Source: a virus (taxonomy: Duplodnaviria; Caudoviricetes). Taken from it: a stretch of 64,000 nucleotides of DNA. The stretch spans positions 1-64,000 of IMG/VR virus record IMGVR_UViG_3300038412_000083, one strand, 5' to 3'. The translations under genes were made by a program, and so were the position numbers. The notes beneath the pieces are model-generated. The model searched no databases, was not told the DNA's origin, and worked only from the letters and a program-made list of their open reading frames with translations. Positions 49,128-58,112 of this stretch are shown one piece after another (position 1 is the first letter of the stretch; each line of letters begins with the position of its first letter).

Positions 49128-49682
49128 ATGATAGGAAAGACAGGTATTTGGACTAATGAAGAAAACTTCGCTCACGCTTTCAGTTATTATACTGCAAGGT
49201 TTATTTCAAAATACTTTGAAAAAGATAATACAGTATTTGATATTGGATGCGGCAGAGGAACATACTTGCAATACTTGAAAGATGTTGGATTTATGGATTT
49301 ATCAGGAATTGAAGGTAGCAAGTTAGATAGTTTTGATTTCGATGATATTTTATGTGCTGATTTAACCCATCCAATTTTTATTCCACAAAAAGGTAATGTT
49401 ATTTCCATTGAAGTTTTTGAGCATATTCCACCTGAATTTGAAAGTGTGTTTGTAGATAATATTTGCCGTTTATGCGATAATAAACTTGTGTTATCAGTAG
49501 CAGTTGAAGACCAACCGGGCATAGGTCATGTAAATTGCAAAAACAACGACTACGTGATTAATCTATTTCAAGGAAAAGGATTTTGGTTTAACAAAGAAAA
49601 GACGGAAGAAGTAAGATCAACGGTAGAAGATCATGTTTCTTATTTACGGAAAACGTTAATGGTTTTTGAAAAAATAAAGTAA
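49128..49682 (+). CDS. Class I SAM-dependent methyltransferase
   Basis: VFDIGCGRG, SIEVFEHIP and GHVN motifs. Confidence 0.85.
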   Translation: MIGKTGIWTNEENFAHAFSYYTARFISKYFEKDNTVFDIGCGRGTYLQYLKDVGFMDLSGIEGSKLDSFDFDDILCADLTHPIFIPQKGNVISIEVFEHIPPEFESVFVDNICRLCDNKLVLSVAVEDQPGIGHVNCKNNDYVINLFQGKGFWFNKEKTEEVRSTVEDHVSYLRKTLMVFEKIK

Positions 49683-50497
49683 TGAAGATAGCAGCAATAA
49701 CGATGGTTAAAAACGAAGAAGATATAATCTATCATTCTTTGTTGAATATGGCCGAGGAAGGTATTGACGTAATTATTGTAGCCGATAATATGAGTACCGA
49801 TAAAACTCTTGCTGAAATAAATAAAGCTAAAGATGTTCTTAATGGTTCTACCTGCCAAATAATTATTTTGGAGGATAAGGAAGTAGGGTATTATCAATCC
49901 GAAAAGATGACAGCACTTGCTCATAAAGCGTATAATGAATTTAGCGCAGATTGGATCATACCAATGGATGCAGATGAAATATGGTTTGCACATGAAGGGA
50001 AAATTTCAGATGTTATAAAATCATTGCCTGAGAATATAAATGTTATCGAGGCTTCATTATACAATCATTTTCCAACAAGTATAGATGTTGATAGTATAAT
50101 CCCATTTGAAAGTATTGTGTGGAGACAAAAAGAAAAAGGTGCGCTTCTAAAAATGGCTGTAAAATATCATAAGGATATGGTTATTGAACAAGGTAATCAT
50201 TCAGTAAGACTACCTGTACCACAAGTAAAATCAAATTGTTTAGAAATAAGGCACTTTCCCTACAGAACATGGGAGCAGTTTAAGAACAAGGCATTAAACG
50301 GAGCAAAAGCATACAAGGCTACAACTCTACCAGAAAATATAGGAAGTCACTGGAGAGGTTACGGTGAAATGATTGAAAAGTGGGGGGATGAAGTTGTTAG
50401 AAAAGAAGTCTATGAAAAGTATTTTTCATTTTTTTCACCTTTTGACAACGATATGATTTTAGATCCGGCGCCTTTTAGACGATGGAATAAACAATAA
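49682..50497 (+). CDS. Glycosyltransferase (GT2-like)
   Basis: TMVKNEEDII...VADNMSTDKT...WIIPMDADE...IRHFPYR. Confidence 0.85.
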   Translation: MKIAAITMVKNEEDIIYHSLLNMAEEGIDVIIVADNMSTDKTLAEINKAKDVLNGSTCQIIILEDKEVGYYQSEKMTALAHKAYNEFSADWIIPMDADEIWFAHEGKISDVIKSLPENINVIEASLYNHFPTSIDVDSIIPFESIVWRQKEKGALLKMAVKYHKDMVIEQGNHSVRLPVPQVKSNCLEIRHFPYRTWEQFKNKALNGAKAYKATTLPENIGSHWRGYGEMIEKWGDEVVRKEVYEKYFSFFSPFDNDMILDPAPFRRWNKQ

Positions 50498-50719
50498 AAA
50501 TATGCACAAAGGACAATCTGTATGGCAGTTTAATATGCGAACAAAGGAACTTATCAAGAGAGTAGAAAATAAGTTTGAGTGCGAGCCATATTGTCTATAT
50601 GTAATATCAATCAACAAAGAAAATGCGGCTAAAAAGATAATAAAACTTTTGGATGCAATGGAAAATAAAAATTAAAAATATAAACAACCAATAGATGAAA
50701 GAGAATTAAACTATTAATT

Positions 50720-50920
50720 ATGACTGAAACATATTTTAAAAATGACGCAAAACAAATTGTTGATATGCTATTCGACAATAAATTGTTTATCTCAACCTTA
50801 ACAAGGGATGAATTAAATTCAATAGAAGAATATTTAGCATACTCAATGGAATCAAAGTTTGATAGTCATTTAAGAGCAGAGAAACTTTTTTCTAAAATAA
50901 ATAAAGAACAAAAACAATGA
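50720..50920 (+). CDS. Hypothetical protein
   Basis: 66 aa; overlaps the next start. Confidence 0.6.
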   Translation: MTETYFKNDAKQIVDMLFDNKLFISTLTRDELNSIEEYLAYSMESKFDSHLRAEKLFSKINKEQKQ

Positions 50921-51279
50921 GCTACGAAGTAATAGGAAAACTAATTTTCAAATCAGAAACTATCCAGCGTACAGAAACATTTAAAGTACGTGATTTTGTA
51001 CTGGAGCAAACCGAAGAAGCCAACAGTAAGACCTTCATTAATTACATCAAACTACAAGCATCACAGAACAAAGCAGACTTACTCAATGATGCAAATATTG
51101 GAGATGAATTAAAGGTGCAATTCAATCTTCGCGGATCTAAGTACGAAAAAGACGGGAAAACCTTGTACTTTACCAATCTTGATGCCTGGAGAATTGAAGT
51201 AACTAATAAGCTGGAAAAGAAACCGATCATAAGTGAGGCAGAAGTGGTAGAGGAAACATCAGATGATCTTCCGTTCTGA
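50917..51279 (+). CDS. DUF3127-family ssDNA-binding (SSB-like) protein
   Basis: FKVRDFVLE...GDELKVQFNLRG...YFTNLDAWRI with acidic DDLPF tail. Confidence 0.9.
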   Translation: MSYEVIGKLIFKSETIQRTETFKVRDFVLEQTEEANSKTFINYIKLQASQNKADLLNDANIGDELKVQFNLRGSKYEKDGKTLYFTNLDAWRIEVTNKLEKKPIISEAEVVEETSDDLPF

Positions 51280-51294
51280 TCTAAAATAAAACAA

Positions 51295-51783
51295 ATGAAA
51301 TATTTCCATCTTGACGGTAGGATAGTTGAGGAACTATTAAATAGATTTTTAGGGTTTATGAATGAAACTCCTTCGGAAGAAATAACTATTATCATTAATT
51401 CAGTAGGAGGCAAAGAGTGCGTTTCAAAATTAATTCTAAATATTATTAATGAGAACAAGGAAAGATGCACCTTAATTTCGCTCGGAGTATATAGTGCAGC
51501 TTTTTATATTTTTTATAATGCAGAATGTAAAAGGAAAATGACCTATGGTTCACCTGCAATGTGGCATTTATCTTCAGCAGATATGAGAATGATGTCTAAT
51601 AAAAAACCTTCTTATACTGAGGATGAGACGCAATTGAAAAATTGGGTAGATGATAAGATTGAAATTGAGTTCGCTGAGAAATTTATGACACCAAAAGAAT
51701 TAAGGGATTTTAAAAAGGGTATCGATGTTTACTTCACTTTTAAAAGAATTAAAGAAATATTCCCTGATGTAGAAATAATTTAA
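51295..51783 (+). CDS. ClpP-like protease
   Basis: IINSVGG, YSAAF (Ser) and MWH (His) motifs. Confidence 0.65.
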   Translation: MKYFHLDGRIVEELLNRFLGFMNETPSEEITIIINSVGGKECVSKLILNIINENKERCTLISLGVYSAAFYIFYNAECKRKMTYGSPAMWHLSSADMRMMSNKKPSYTEDETQLKNWVDDKIEIEFAEKFMTPKELRDFKKGIDVYFTFKRIKEIFPDVEII

Positions 51784-51932
51784 AACCAACCGAAATGAGA
51801 GCGATAATATTTATATTTTTTACCGTTGCTATATGTGTAACCATATTGATAATTACTGTGATGGCAATTCGTACTTCATCAAATACATACACAATACGAA
51901 AACCACATTTTATAAAACCAAAATAAAAATCA

Positions 51933-52124
51933 ATGAAAACAATAATCAAAGAAAAAGGTAAAAAGCCGCTGGTATTTCAGAAAGGAGGGCTTCATAAGAG
52001 CACTAATACTCCTATGGGTAAGACTATCCCACAAGCTAAATTCTCAGCAGCCTTAAAAGGCTCAGACGGCCCTAAAGCGAAAAAGCAAGCTCTAATGGCT
52101 AAAAACGTTTTCGGGAAGAAGTAA
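51933..52124 (+). CDS. Small basic phage protein
   Basis: KGGLHK...GKTIP...KAKKQALMAK; Lys-rich. Confidence 0.65.
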   Translation: MKTIIKEKGKKPLVFQKGGLHKSTNTPMGKTIPQAKFSAALKGSDGPKAKKQALMAKNVFGKK

Positions 52125-52188
52125 ACTCCAATGTAGGTGTGATAATCATGCCTACTTTCTATTAAGTAACCAATTAAACCTAAATAAA

Positions 52189-52518
52189 ATGTCAGTACTT
52201 TCAGATTTTAACCCAGATCCGGTAATAAAGGAATCATATCCAGATTCAGAACGTGATCCATCCGATACTCAATTAAGAGAAAGAGAACTTACTTTCGGAG
52301 AAAAATTAGTAGGATTGAATTTTAATCCTTCAAATGATGATAAGGTTGGTAAGGCAAAAAGACTTTGCGCTGATCTTGCCGATTTAGTATATAACAACGA
52401 TGCCGCAATAGGTACAGAACCTCCAACTTACTTGTATAACCTTATTAAAGGAAAAGCATTAGGAGAAATTCTTAATGCCCAAATGAACGTGGTAAAAGTT
52501 CTTACCCTGAAGTATTAA
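52189..52518 (+). CDS. Candidate Acb2/Tad1-like helical-hairpin protein
   Basis: TFGEKLVGLNFNPS...KAKRLCADLAD...EILNAQMNVVKVLT; family link recalled, not searched. Confidence 0.5.
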   Translation: MSVLSDFNPDPVIKESYPDSERDPSDTQLRERELTFGEKLVGLNFNPSNDDKVGKAKRLCADLADLVYNNDAAIGTEPPTYLYNLIKGKALGEILNAQMNVVKVLTLKY

Positions 52519-52572
52519 AATCCTTAGCTGCCGGAACTTAAAAATATTTTTTTGGGTTGCGGAAACCGGCGG

Positions 52573-52845
52573 CTATATTTTAAAAATATAATGATAATGT
52601 ACATTTCAAAGAAAAGTCTTAAAAAGGTAGTAAAATATATACTTGAAAATTCAGAATGGCTATCAAATGAAGATGAGGCATTAAGCGAAGCATTGGAGAT
52701 GCTAAAGAATGGAGAATTGGAAGATAAACCCTTAACCGAGGAAGAAAGGAAATCTTTAATCAGGTATATATCAGATATTAAGTTTTTAGACCAAAGGGAT
52801 ATTGATACAAATATTTTCACTTTATCTTCAACCTACTCCCATTAA
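52573..52845 (+). CDS. Hypothetical protein
   Basis: Helical, acidic; likely starts at MIMYISKK or the next Met. Confidence 0.5.
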   Translation, partial: LYFKNIMIMYISKKSLKKVVKYILENSEWLSNEDEALSEALEMLKNGELEDKPLTEEERKSLIRYISDIKFLDQRDIDTNIFTLSSTYSH

Positions 52846-53266
52846 ACACATAGTTGATATTAACGAAGAACTCGATGCTACTACCCTGTTTTCTGGCGAT
52901 AACCTGCTTCTCAATTAATAAGGATATATTTCTATAATAACTCCTACGACTGAAATTACAAGATTTACATACAATATCACAAGGAAGTGAAATAACATCT
53001 ATATGAGGCTTTAAATTAATGGCTATATAAATAAACATAGACAAAGCGCCAAAACCTAAACCGGAAACTATAACCAATCCTTCCCGAAAGAACTTAACAT
53101 AATTGGCAGTATCAACAAGAACTCTTTTATTCTTTGCCGCTTTCCGGAATACATTGATCTCGCCACTACTAGTATCAGCTAATTCGTAATCACCACCCTC
53201 TACCCTTTTAAAACACTCTTTTATTGCTCCATCTATAACCTTAAATGGACTGTTTAAATACTCCAT
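52817..53266 (-). CDS. RepL-like winged-helix protein
   Basis: SRRSYYRNISLLIEKQVIAR HTH and FFVNINYVFNGSR C-terminal motif. Confidence 0.7.
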   Translation of the reverse strand: MEYLNSPFKVIDGAIKECFKRVEGGDYELADTSSGEINVFRKAAKNKRVLVDTANYVKFFREGLVIVSGLGFGALSMFIYIAINLKPHIDVISLPCDIVCKSCNFSRRSYYRNISLLIEKQVIARKQGSSIEFFVNINYVFNGSRLKIK

Positions 53267-53452
53267 ATTTACTGTTTTGTGCCACCGTTGGCACTATGAA
53301 GGACATAAATGACACTAACCACCATTAATAATCAATGACTTATCTACATTCCATTCTTAATATTCTTAGTACTACTTTTCTACTCCCACAAATTTAATCT
53401 TTTTCGGTACATATTGTATCTTTTTTCGGATTATTTAATTAGCTTTGCGGTA

Positions 53453-53530
53453 GTTCTTTAAACGGTTAGGTAGTGACTGAGTAAACGCATAAAGCACGAA
53501 AACCAGACTATTACTTAACCGTTTTTTGAA
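53453..53530 (+). ncRNA. Candidate small hairpin RNA
   Basis: TAGCTTTG -7 element at 53440; long stem AAACGGTTAGGTAGT/ATTACTTAACCGTTT followed by a T-tract. Confidence 0.4.
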
Positions 53531-54127
53531 CTATTTTCAGTTCTTTGTAAACATGGCACGATTTTTTATTACGCGAACTTCCATACTAAACACCCAAATT
53601 CATGGAATTAGTTCACACCGTCCTGAAAGGTTATTTTTACTTCTGGATAATAATTATTTCTCTGCTTTTTATCGTCCCCCTGGTTCAAACTTTGTTCAAA
53701 TTGATTGATATTTTGATCAAAAAGAACTCTAAATACAAGCGGGATATTTAAGCAAGTAACAATATGAAGGTCAAGAAGTAACAACAGTTTTAAAAAGATT
53801 AATGTAGTTGTGATGATGGGGTACATGTAGATTAAGGCGGGGTCAAACTCAGATGGGAAATGGGTTTTGGCGAACCAGGTGGGGTGTCAATTTACTTTTT
53901 CAAAAGGAGGGAAAATACTTCGCTACAAAGTAACAACAACGAATTGATGCGTTTACAAATAACTATTTTTTAAAATAACTATAATTAAATTGGAATGATT
54001 GAAGGAAATATTCTATTTAACATAATGTTTGAGAAGGGAAAGTGTGAGTGTGGGAATGTGGTGTTTCCATCTATAACTAAAGACATAGTTAATTCCCATT
54101 CATTATTCTACTTAACATAATAATCAT

Positions 54128-54442
54128 TTGAAACTAAGCTACCTTTCACGCTGTTTCTTATATAATAAGGCTATTGCCAAAGCTACTATAAAGCCTGAAT
54201 ACATCTTCATTTTACACGCTATTAGTTTACTTCAGCCTGTTGGCTGGTTAGCAATATTAAACGTTCTTACTAAGGTTAAGAGAGGAAGAGATCGAGGTGT
54301 ATTAACTCAATATCTTGATTATCTCACAGCCAATGGATATATAATAAGAAACACAGCCCGCAAATATTCGCTTACTCCTTATGGATTATCTATCCTAAAA
54401 GATATTGAAACAAGACTTCGCAATGAACGCCACGACAAATGA
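54128..54442 (+). CDS. Winged-helix (MarR-like) protein
   Basis: LTQYLDYLTANGYIIRN...YSLTPYG motif. Confidence 0.65.
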   Translation: MKLSYLSRCFLYNKAIAKATIKPEYIFILHAISLLQPVGWLAILNVLTKVKRGRDRGVLTQYLDYLTANGYIIRNTARKYSLTPYGLSILKDIETRLRNERHDK

Positions 54443-54510
54443 ACTTTGGCACGATATTAAGTTGAGTAATAATTTCCCCACTCATTTCCCACAATGTAGA
54501 ATAAAATACA

Positions 54511-54526
54511 CGTTCCACGTGAAACA
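54511..54526. promoter_or_regulatory. parS-like site
   Basis: CGTTCCACGTGAAACA, 15/16 match to the chromosomal parS TGTTNCACGTGAAACA. Confidence 0.75.
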
Positions 54527-54574
54527 TCTATATAGTTAAGTATATTTTACGTTATAACCTTAGGTTTATAACTT

Positions 54575-54590
54575 TGGCACGCTGTTTGCA
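54575..54590 (+). promoter_or_regulatory. Sigma54-type -24/-12 promoter
   Basis: TGGCACG-CTGT-TTGCA, exact consensus spacing, about 20 nt upstream of the first ATG of the early operon. Confidence 0.7.
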
Positions 54591-54707
54591 TTATATTGAG
54601 CAAAAACAATATGAAAAAGCTAATAAAACAAATCATCGCAGTTCTCCGTAACTGGAACTTTGAAACCCCTTCCAATTTTTCACAATTCAATTCTAAAAAT
54701 TAATACT

Positions 54708-55961
54708 ATGAGAAAGACAATTAAAAATGTTAATGGCTGGGATGTTCAAATATCAACCGGTAAGAATTACAAAAATATTATTTCCTGCACTGCTCAATTT
54801 GGAGTATGTGAGGAGCGCAGCGGCTATCAGACATTTTCACACGCTTTATTTTCTGATCCTTCTTTGACACTTGCGCAAGCTAAACCAGGCGAAAGGGCAA
54901 CAGAAAAGAAACTCTTGGAAGTGTTTAACGCCGGATTGGCTGAGTTTGAAAGATTAAAGGAAGCGAACGAATTACCAATTAAAAAAGATGCGTTGGAAAT
55001 TCAAGTCGGCCAAATTCTATTTTTAAATGGTTACGGACAGGACGAACAAGGGCACGAAAGACTTGCCGTTTATGAAATAGAGGGGAGCAGGTACAAAACC
55101 GTAAATCTTGAAACACTTACTTTATCAACAGAAGAACACATTAGGCCAATTGAAGAAAAATTTGGCATCGGTATTTATTACAAAAAAGGCGATGTGATAG
55201 AAGTTAATGAAGTAAAAGCCGCAGTAGCAGCCGCAAGAGTAAAAGTAGAATTAAAAGAAAAGGCAGACAAAGAACAGCGCGAAGCCGCCCAAATTGAGAG
55301 ATCAGAAAAAATAAAAAAGGGCGCTGAGATTATTAACGCAATCCCGGAAGGCGTAAGCCATGCGATCGTTGCAAATCTTATGGAAGATGATAGCGACATC
55401 CAAAGCGATTATTTTGCAAGTCATTCAACACAAACAGTTTTTTTAGCTTTTAGTAAACATGGCCGGGATTTATTCGACGAAATGAGAAAAGCCGCCGCCA
55501 ATTGTCCTATTGAAGAAATAAATAAATACAGTGTAAAGCCAGAAAAACCAGAAGGAGAAAACGAATTTTGGACACCGGAAGACGAACACCGCGAAAAGTA
55601 TAGTATGGGATCTGGTTATTATTTAGGCAGCCAGTACAGAAGCGGCTGGGAAATAAGTAAGACTAATATAGACGGCCGCAGCCTGGAAGCCTTACAAATT
55701 GCAGCCGCCGAAGGTCGCTATTTTATCCCGGAACAAAGCGAACAGACGGAAGTTAAAAACTATTCTCCAGTTGAAGTAAAGGCCGGAACTGTTCAAATAA
55801 TAGATTACAGCGAAAAGGCGATCGCCGTAATTGGTGACACAAAACCGATAAAAGATAAATTAAAAGAATTGGGGGGTCGTTTCAATTTTCGTCTTTCTTG
55901 TGGCGCTGGCTGGATATTTCCAAAGACTAAATTAACCGAATTACAAAGTGCATTAGTCTAA
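54708..55961 (+). CDS. Multidomain early protein (polyvalent/anti-restriction-associated 'fusion protein' type)
   Basis: Start MRKTIKNV; SDIQSDYF and C-terminal IIDYSEKAIAVIGDTKPIKDKLKELGGRFN...GWIF domain. Confidence 0.65.
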   Translation: MRKTIKNVNGWDVQISTGKNYKNIISCTAQFGVCEERSGYQTFSHALFSDPSLTLAQAKPGERATEKKLLEVFNAGLAEFERLKEANELPIKKDALEIQVGQILFLNGYGQDEQGHERLAVYEIEGSRYKTVNLETLTLSTEEHIRPIEEKFGIGIYYKKGDVIEVNEVKAAVAAARVKVELKEKADKEQREAAQIERSEKIKKGAEIINAIPEGVSHAIVANLMEDDSDIQSDYFASHSTQTVFLAFSKHGRDLFDEMRKAAANCPIEEINKYSVKPEKPEGENEFWTPEDEHREKYSMGSGYYLGSQYRSGWEISKTNIDGRSLEALQIAAAEGRYFIPEQSEQTEVKNYSPVEVKAGTVQIIDYSEKAIAVIGDTKPIKDKLKELGGRFNFRLSCGAGWIFPKTKLTELQSALV

Positions 55962-56010
55962 CTGATGAGCCGTAAAGCGGCGAAACTTGGCCTACGGGCT
56001 AAGTCTTAGA
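55957..56010 (+). ncRNA. Hammerhead ribozyme (open stem I)
   Basis: UCUAA-CUGAUGA-G CCGU aaa GCGG C-GAA-ACUUGGCC uacg GGCUAAGU-C-UUAGA: complete core, three stems, GUC cleavage site at 56005. Confidence 0.92.
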
Positions 56011-56024
56011 TAAAAATAAATACC

Positions 56025-57509
56025 ATGTTTAACAGCGAATTTTTCCCCACTCCCTTAGAAGTTATTGGAAAAATGACTTGGGGGCTTAACCTTAACGGCA
56101 AAGTAATTTTGGAACCCGAAGCCGGCAAAGGTGATATAGTTGATTATCTTAATAATGCAGGGGCCAATGTATTAGCCTGTGAATTAAATAAAGACCTTCA
56201 GCAGATCATTAAAACAAAGTGTAAACTATTAGCCGAAGATTTTTTAACCGTCACAAGCGACCAAATAAGCCACATTGACTATATTATTATGAATCCGCCA
56301 TTTAGTAAGGCAGTAGAACATATTTTACACGCTTACCAGGTCGCGCCCAATGGTTGCAAGATCGTTGCCCTTTGCAACGCTTCTAATTTAGAAAACCTTT
56401 ACACCAACACACGTAAGGAATTAAACGCGATTGTTGAGAATTACGGACAAGTGCAAAACCTGGGCGATTGCTTTAAGATGGCAGAAAGACAAACAGCCGT
56501 AAATATTTCAATGATAACCATAAATAAACCCGGCGAAAGCTATAAAAGCGAATTTGAGGGATTTTTTACCGATGAAGAACCAGAGGAAGCTGGGGAAATT
56601 GGGTTAATGAGTTACAATGTAGTTCGGGATCTTGTAAACAGGTATGTTGCAGCCGTTAAACTGTATGATGAACACTTGCAAACAGGTGTAAAAATGAACA
56701 GTCTTTTAAATAACTTTTATGGCGAAGGCTTAACATTTACCTGCACAGAGCAAGGAGCGCCAAAATTAAGGAACGAATTTAAAAAGGACTTGCAAAAATC
56801 AGGGTGGAAATTTATATTCAATAAAATGGATATGCAAAAGCACATGACAAGCGGACTAAAGAAAGATATTAATAAATTTGTTGAGCAGCAAAGCGAAATA
56901 CCTTTTACAATGAAAAATATTTATTTCATGCTTGATATGGTGATTCAAACACACGGCCAAAGGATGGATAAAGCAATTTTGGAGGTATTCGACAAGATAA
57001 CCGAACACCACCACGACAACAGGCATTTTGTAAAAGGGTGGAAAACAAACAGCCATTTTCTAGTTGGCAAAAAGTTCATCCTTCCTTACCAGATCAACCC
57101 GGCCAAAGAATACGGTTATACATCCGATTCTTACAACAGCTTACGGCAATCTTATGACGGTATAGTGTCAGATTTTGAAAAAGCCTTGTGTTATGTTACC
57201 GGGAAAGATTACAGCGATATAAAGCCGCTCAACCATTGCATAAATAGAAATGATTACGGCGAATGGTACGACAGCGAATTTTTTAAGTACAAAGGCTATA
57301 AAAACGGGAATATGCACTTTGAGTTCAATAACGCTGATGTGTGGGCCAAATTTAATCAAAGAGTTTCTAAATTAAAAGGTTATCCACTATTTGAAGGGAA
57401 GGCGCAAACTAAATACCAAGACAGGCAGACAGGAAGGGCACAACAAAAGAAAGCAAACCCGGCACACATGTATAAACCAACCGTTCTTTTTGAAATTAAA
57501 GTAGCTTAA
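56025..57509 (+). CDS. N6-adenine methyltransferase fused to DUF4942-like domain
   Basis: FFPTP, LEPEAGKG and MNPPF motifs; C-terminal FFKYKGYKNGNMHFEF. Confidence 0.85.
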   Translation: MFNSEFFPTPLEVIGKMTWGLNLNGKVILEPEAGKGDIVDYLNNAGANVLACELNKDLQQIIKTKCKLLAEDFLTVTSDQISHIDYIIMNPPFSKAVEHILHAYQVAPNGCKIVALCNASNLENLYTNTRKELNAIVENYGQVQNLGDCFKMAERQTAVNISMITINKPGESYKSEFEGFFTDEEPEEAGEIGLMSYNVVRDLVNRYVAAVKLYDEHLQTGVKMNSLLNNFYGEGLTFTCTEQGAPKLRNEFKKDLQKSGWKFIFNKMDMQKHMTSGLKKDINKFVEQQSEIPFTMKNIYFMLDMVIQTHGQRMDKAILEVFDKITEHHHDNRHFVKGWKTNSHFLVGKKFILPYQINPAKEYGYTSDSYNSLRQSYDGIVSDFEKALCYVTGKDYSDIKPLNHCINRNDYGEWYDSEFFKYKGYKNGNMHFEFNNADVWAKFNQRVSKLKGYPLFEGKAQTKYQDRQTGRAQQKKANPAHMYKPTVLFEIKVA

Positions 57510-57552
57510 AATCTAAATGACACGCTCAGTCAATAACAGGAGCAAATAAATT

Positions 57553-57648
57553 ATGAACATATCAAAAACAACACAACCACCGGAAAGACCAGACTTCAAC
57601 GCCTGGATCAATTACATCTTTAAACTTATTCACAACCTTCAAAAATAA
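57553..57648 (+). CDS. 31-aa peptide, copy 1
   Basis: MNISKTTQPPERPDFNAWINYIFKLIHNLQK. Confidence 0.7.
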   Translation: MNISKTTQPPERPDFNAWINYIFKLIHNLQK

Positions 57649-57675
57649 TTATCTTAAAAAATAAAAAACACAATC

Positions 57676-57963
57676 ATGAAACAATTTAAAATTACAGCAA
57701 CAGCGCCAACAGTTTATCAAATTCAATCTTTAAGGCATTTCGGGATGAATGTTAAAGAAAACGGTAATGGTTTATTTTCCAGTGAGCAAATATTTGACAG
57801 CGAAGAAGCAGCTAAGGCTTACTTAGTAGAGAGAGCAGAAAAATATTACGATGAATTTGAAGGGCAGGTACAGGAACATTTAGAAGATATTAAAAAATAT
57901 GGAATGTTGACTATTGACGCAGTTACCGCTCGAATAGATGAAGTTGATAACGAAAAAGACTAA
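57676..57963 (+). CDS. Hypothetical protein
   Basis: 95 aa between the duplicated peptides. Confidence 0.7.
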   Translation: MKQFKITATAPTVYQIQSLRHFGMNVKENGNGLFSSEQIFDSEEAAKAYLVERAEKYYDEFEGQVQEHLEDIKKYGMLTIDAVTARIDEVDNEKD

Positions 57964-58012
57964 CCAACCCATTAACCAATAAACAGGGAGGCGCACCCAA
58001 AAAGCGAAAATT

Positions 58013-58108
58013 ATGAACATATCAAAAACAACACAACCGCCGGAAAGGCCAGACTTCAACGCCTGGATGCAGCACATATTTAAATTAATTCATAACCTTC
58101 AAAAGTAA
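58013..58108 (+). CDS. 31-aa peptide, copy 2
   Basis: MNISKTTQPPERPDFNAWMQHIFKLIHNLQK. Confidence 0.7.
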   Translation: MNISKTTQPPERPDFNAWMQHIFKLIHNLQK

Positions 58109-58112
58109 AATC

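Noticed and set aside
53476-53510. Second hammerhead (CTGAGTA...GAAA)
   Set aside because: The core deviates from CUGANGA, stem II is only 2 bp, and no stem III/NUH site forms.
53526-53826. ORFs 53526-53708 (+) and 53608-53826 (-)
   Set aside because: Mutually overlapping, low-complexity and without motifs; treated as non-coding.
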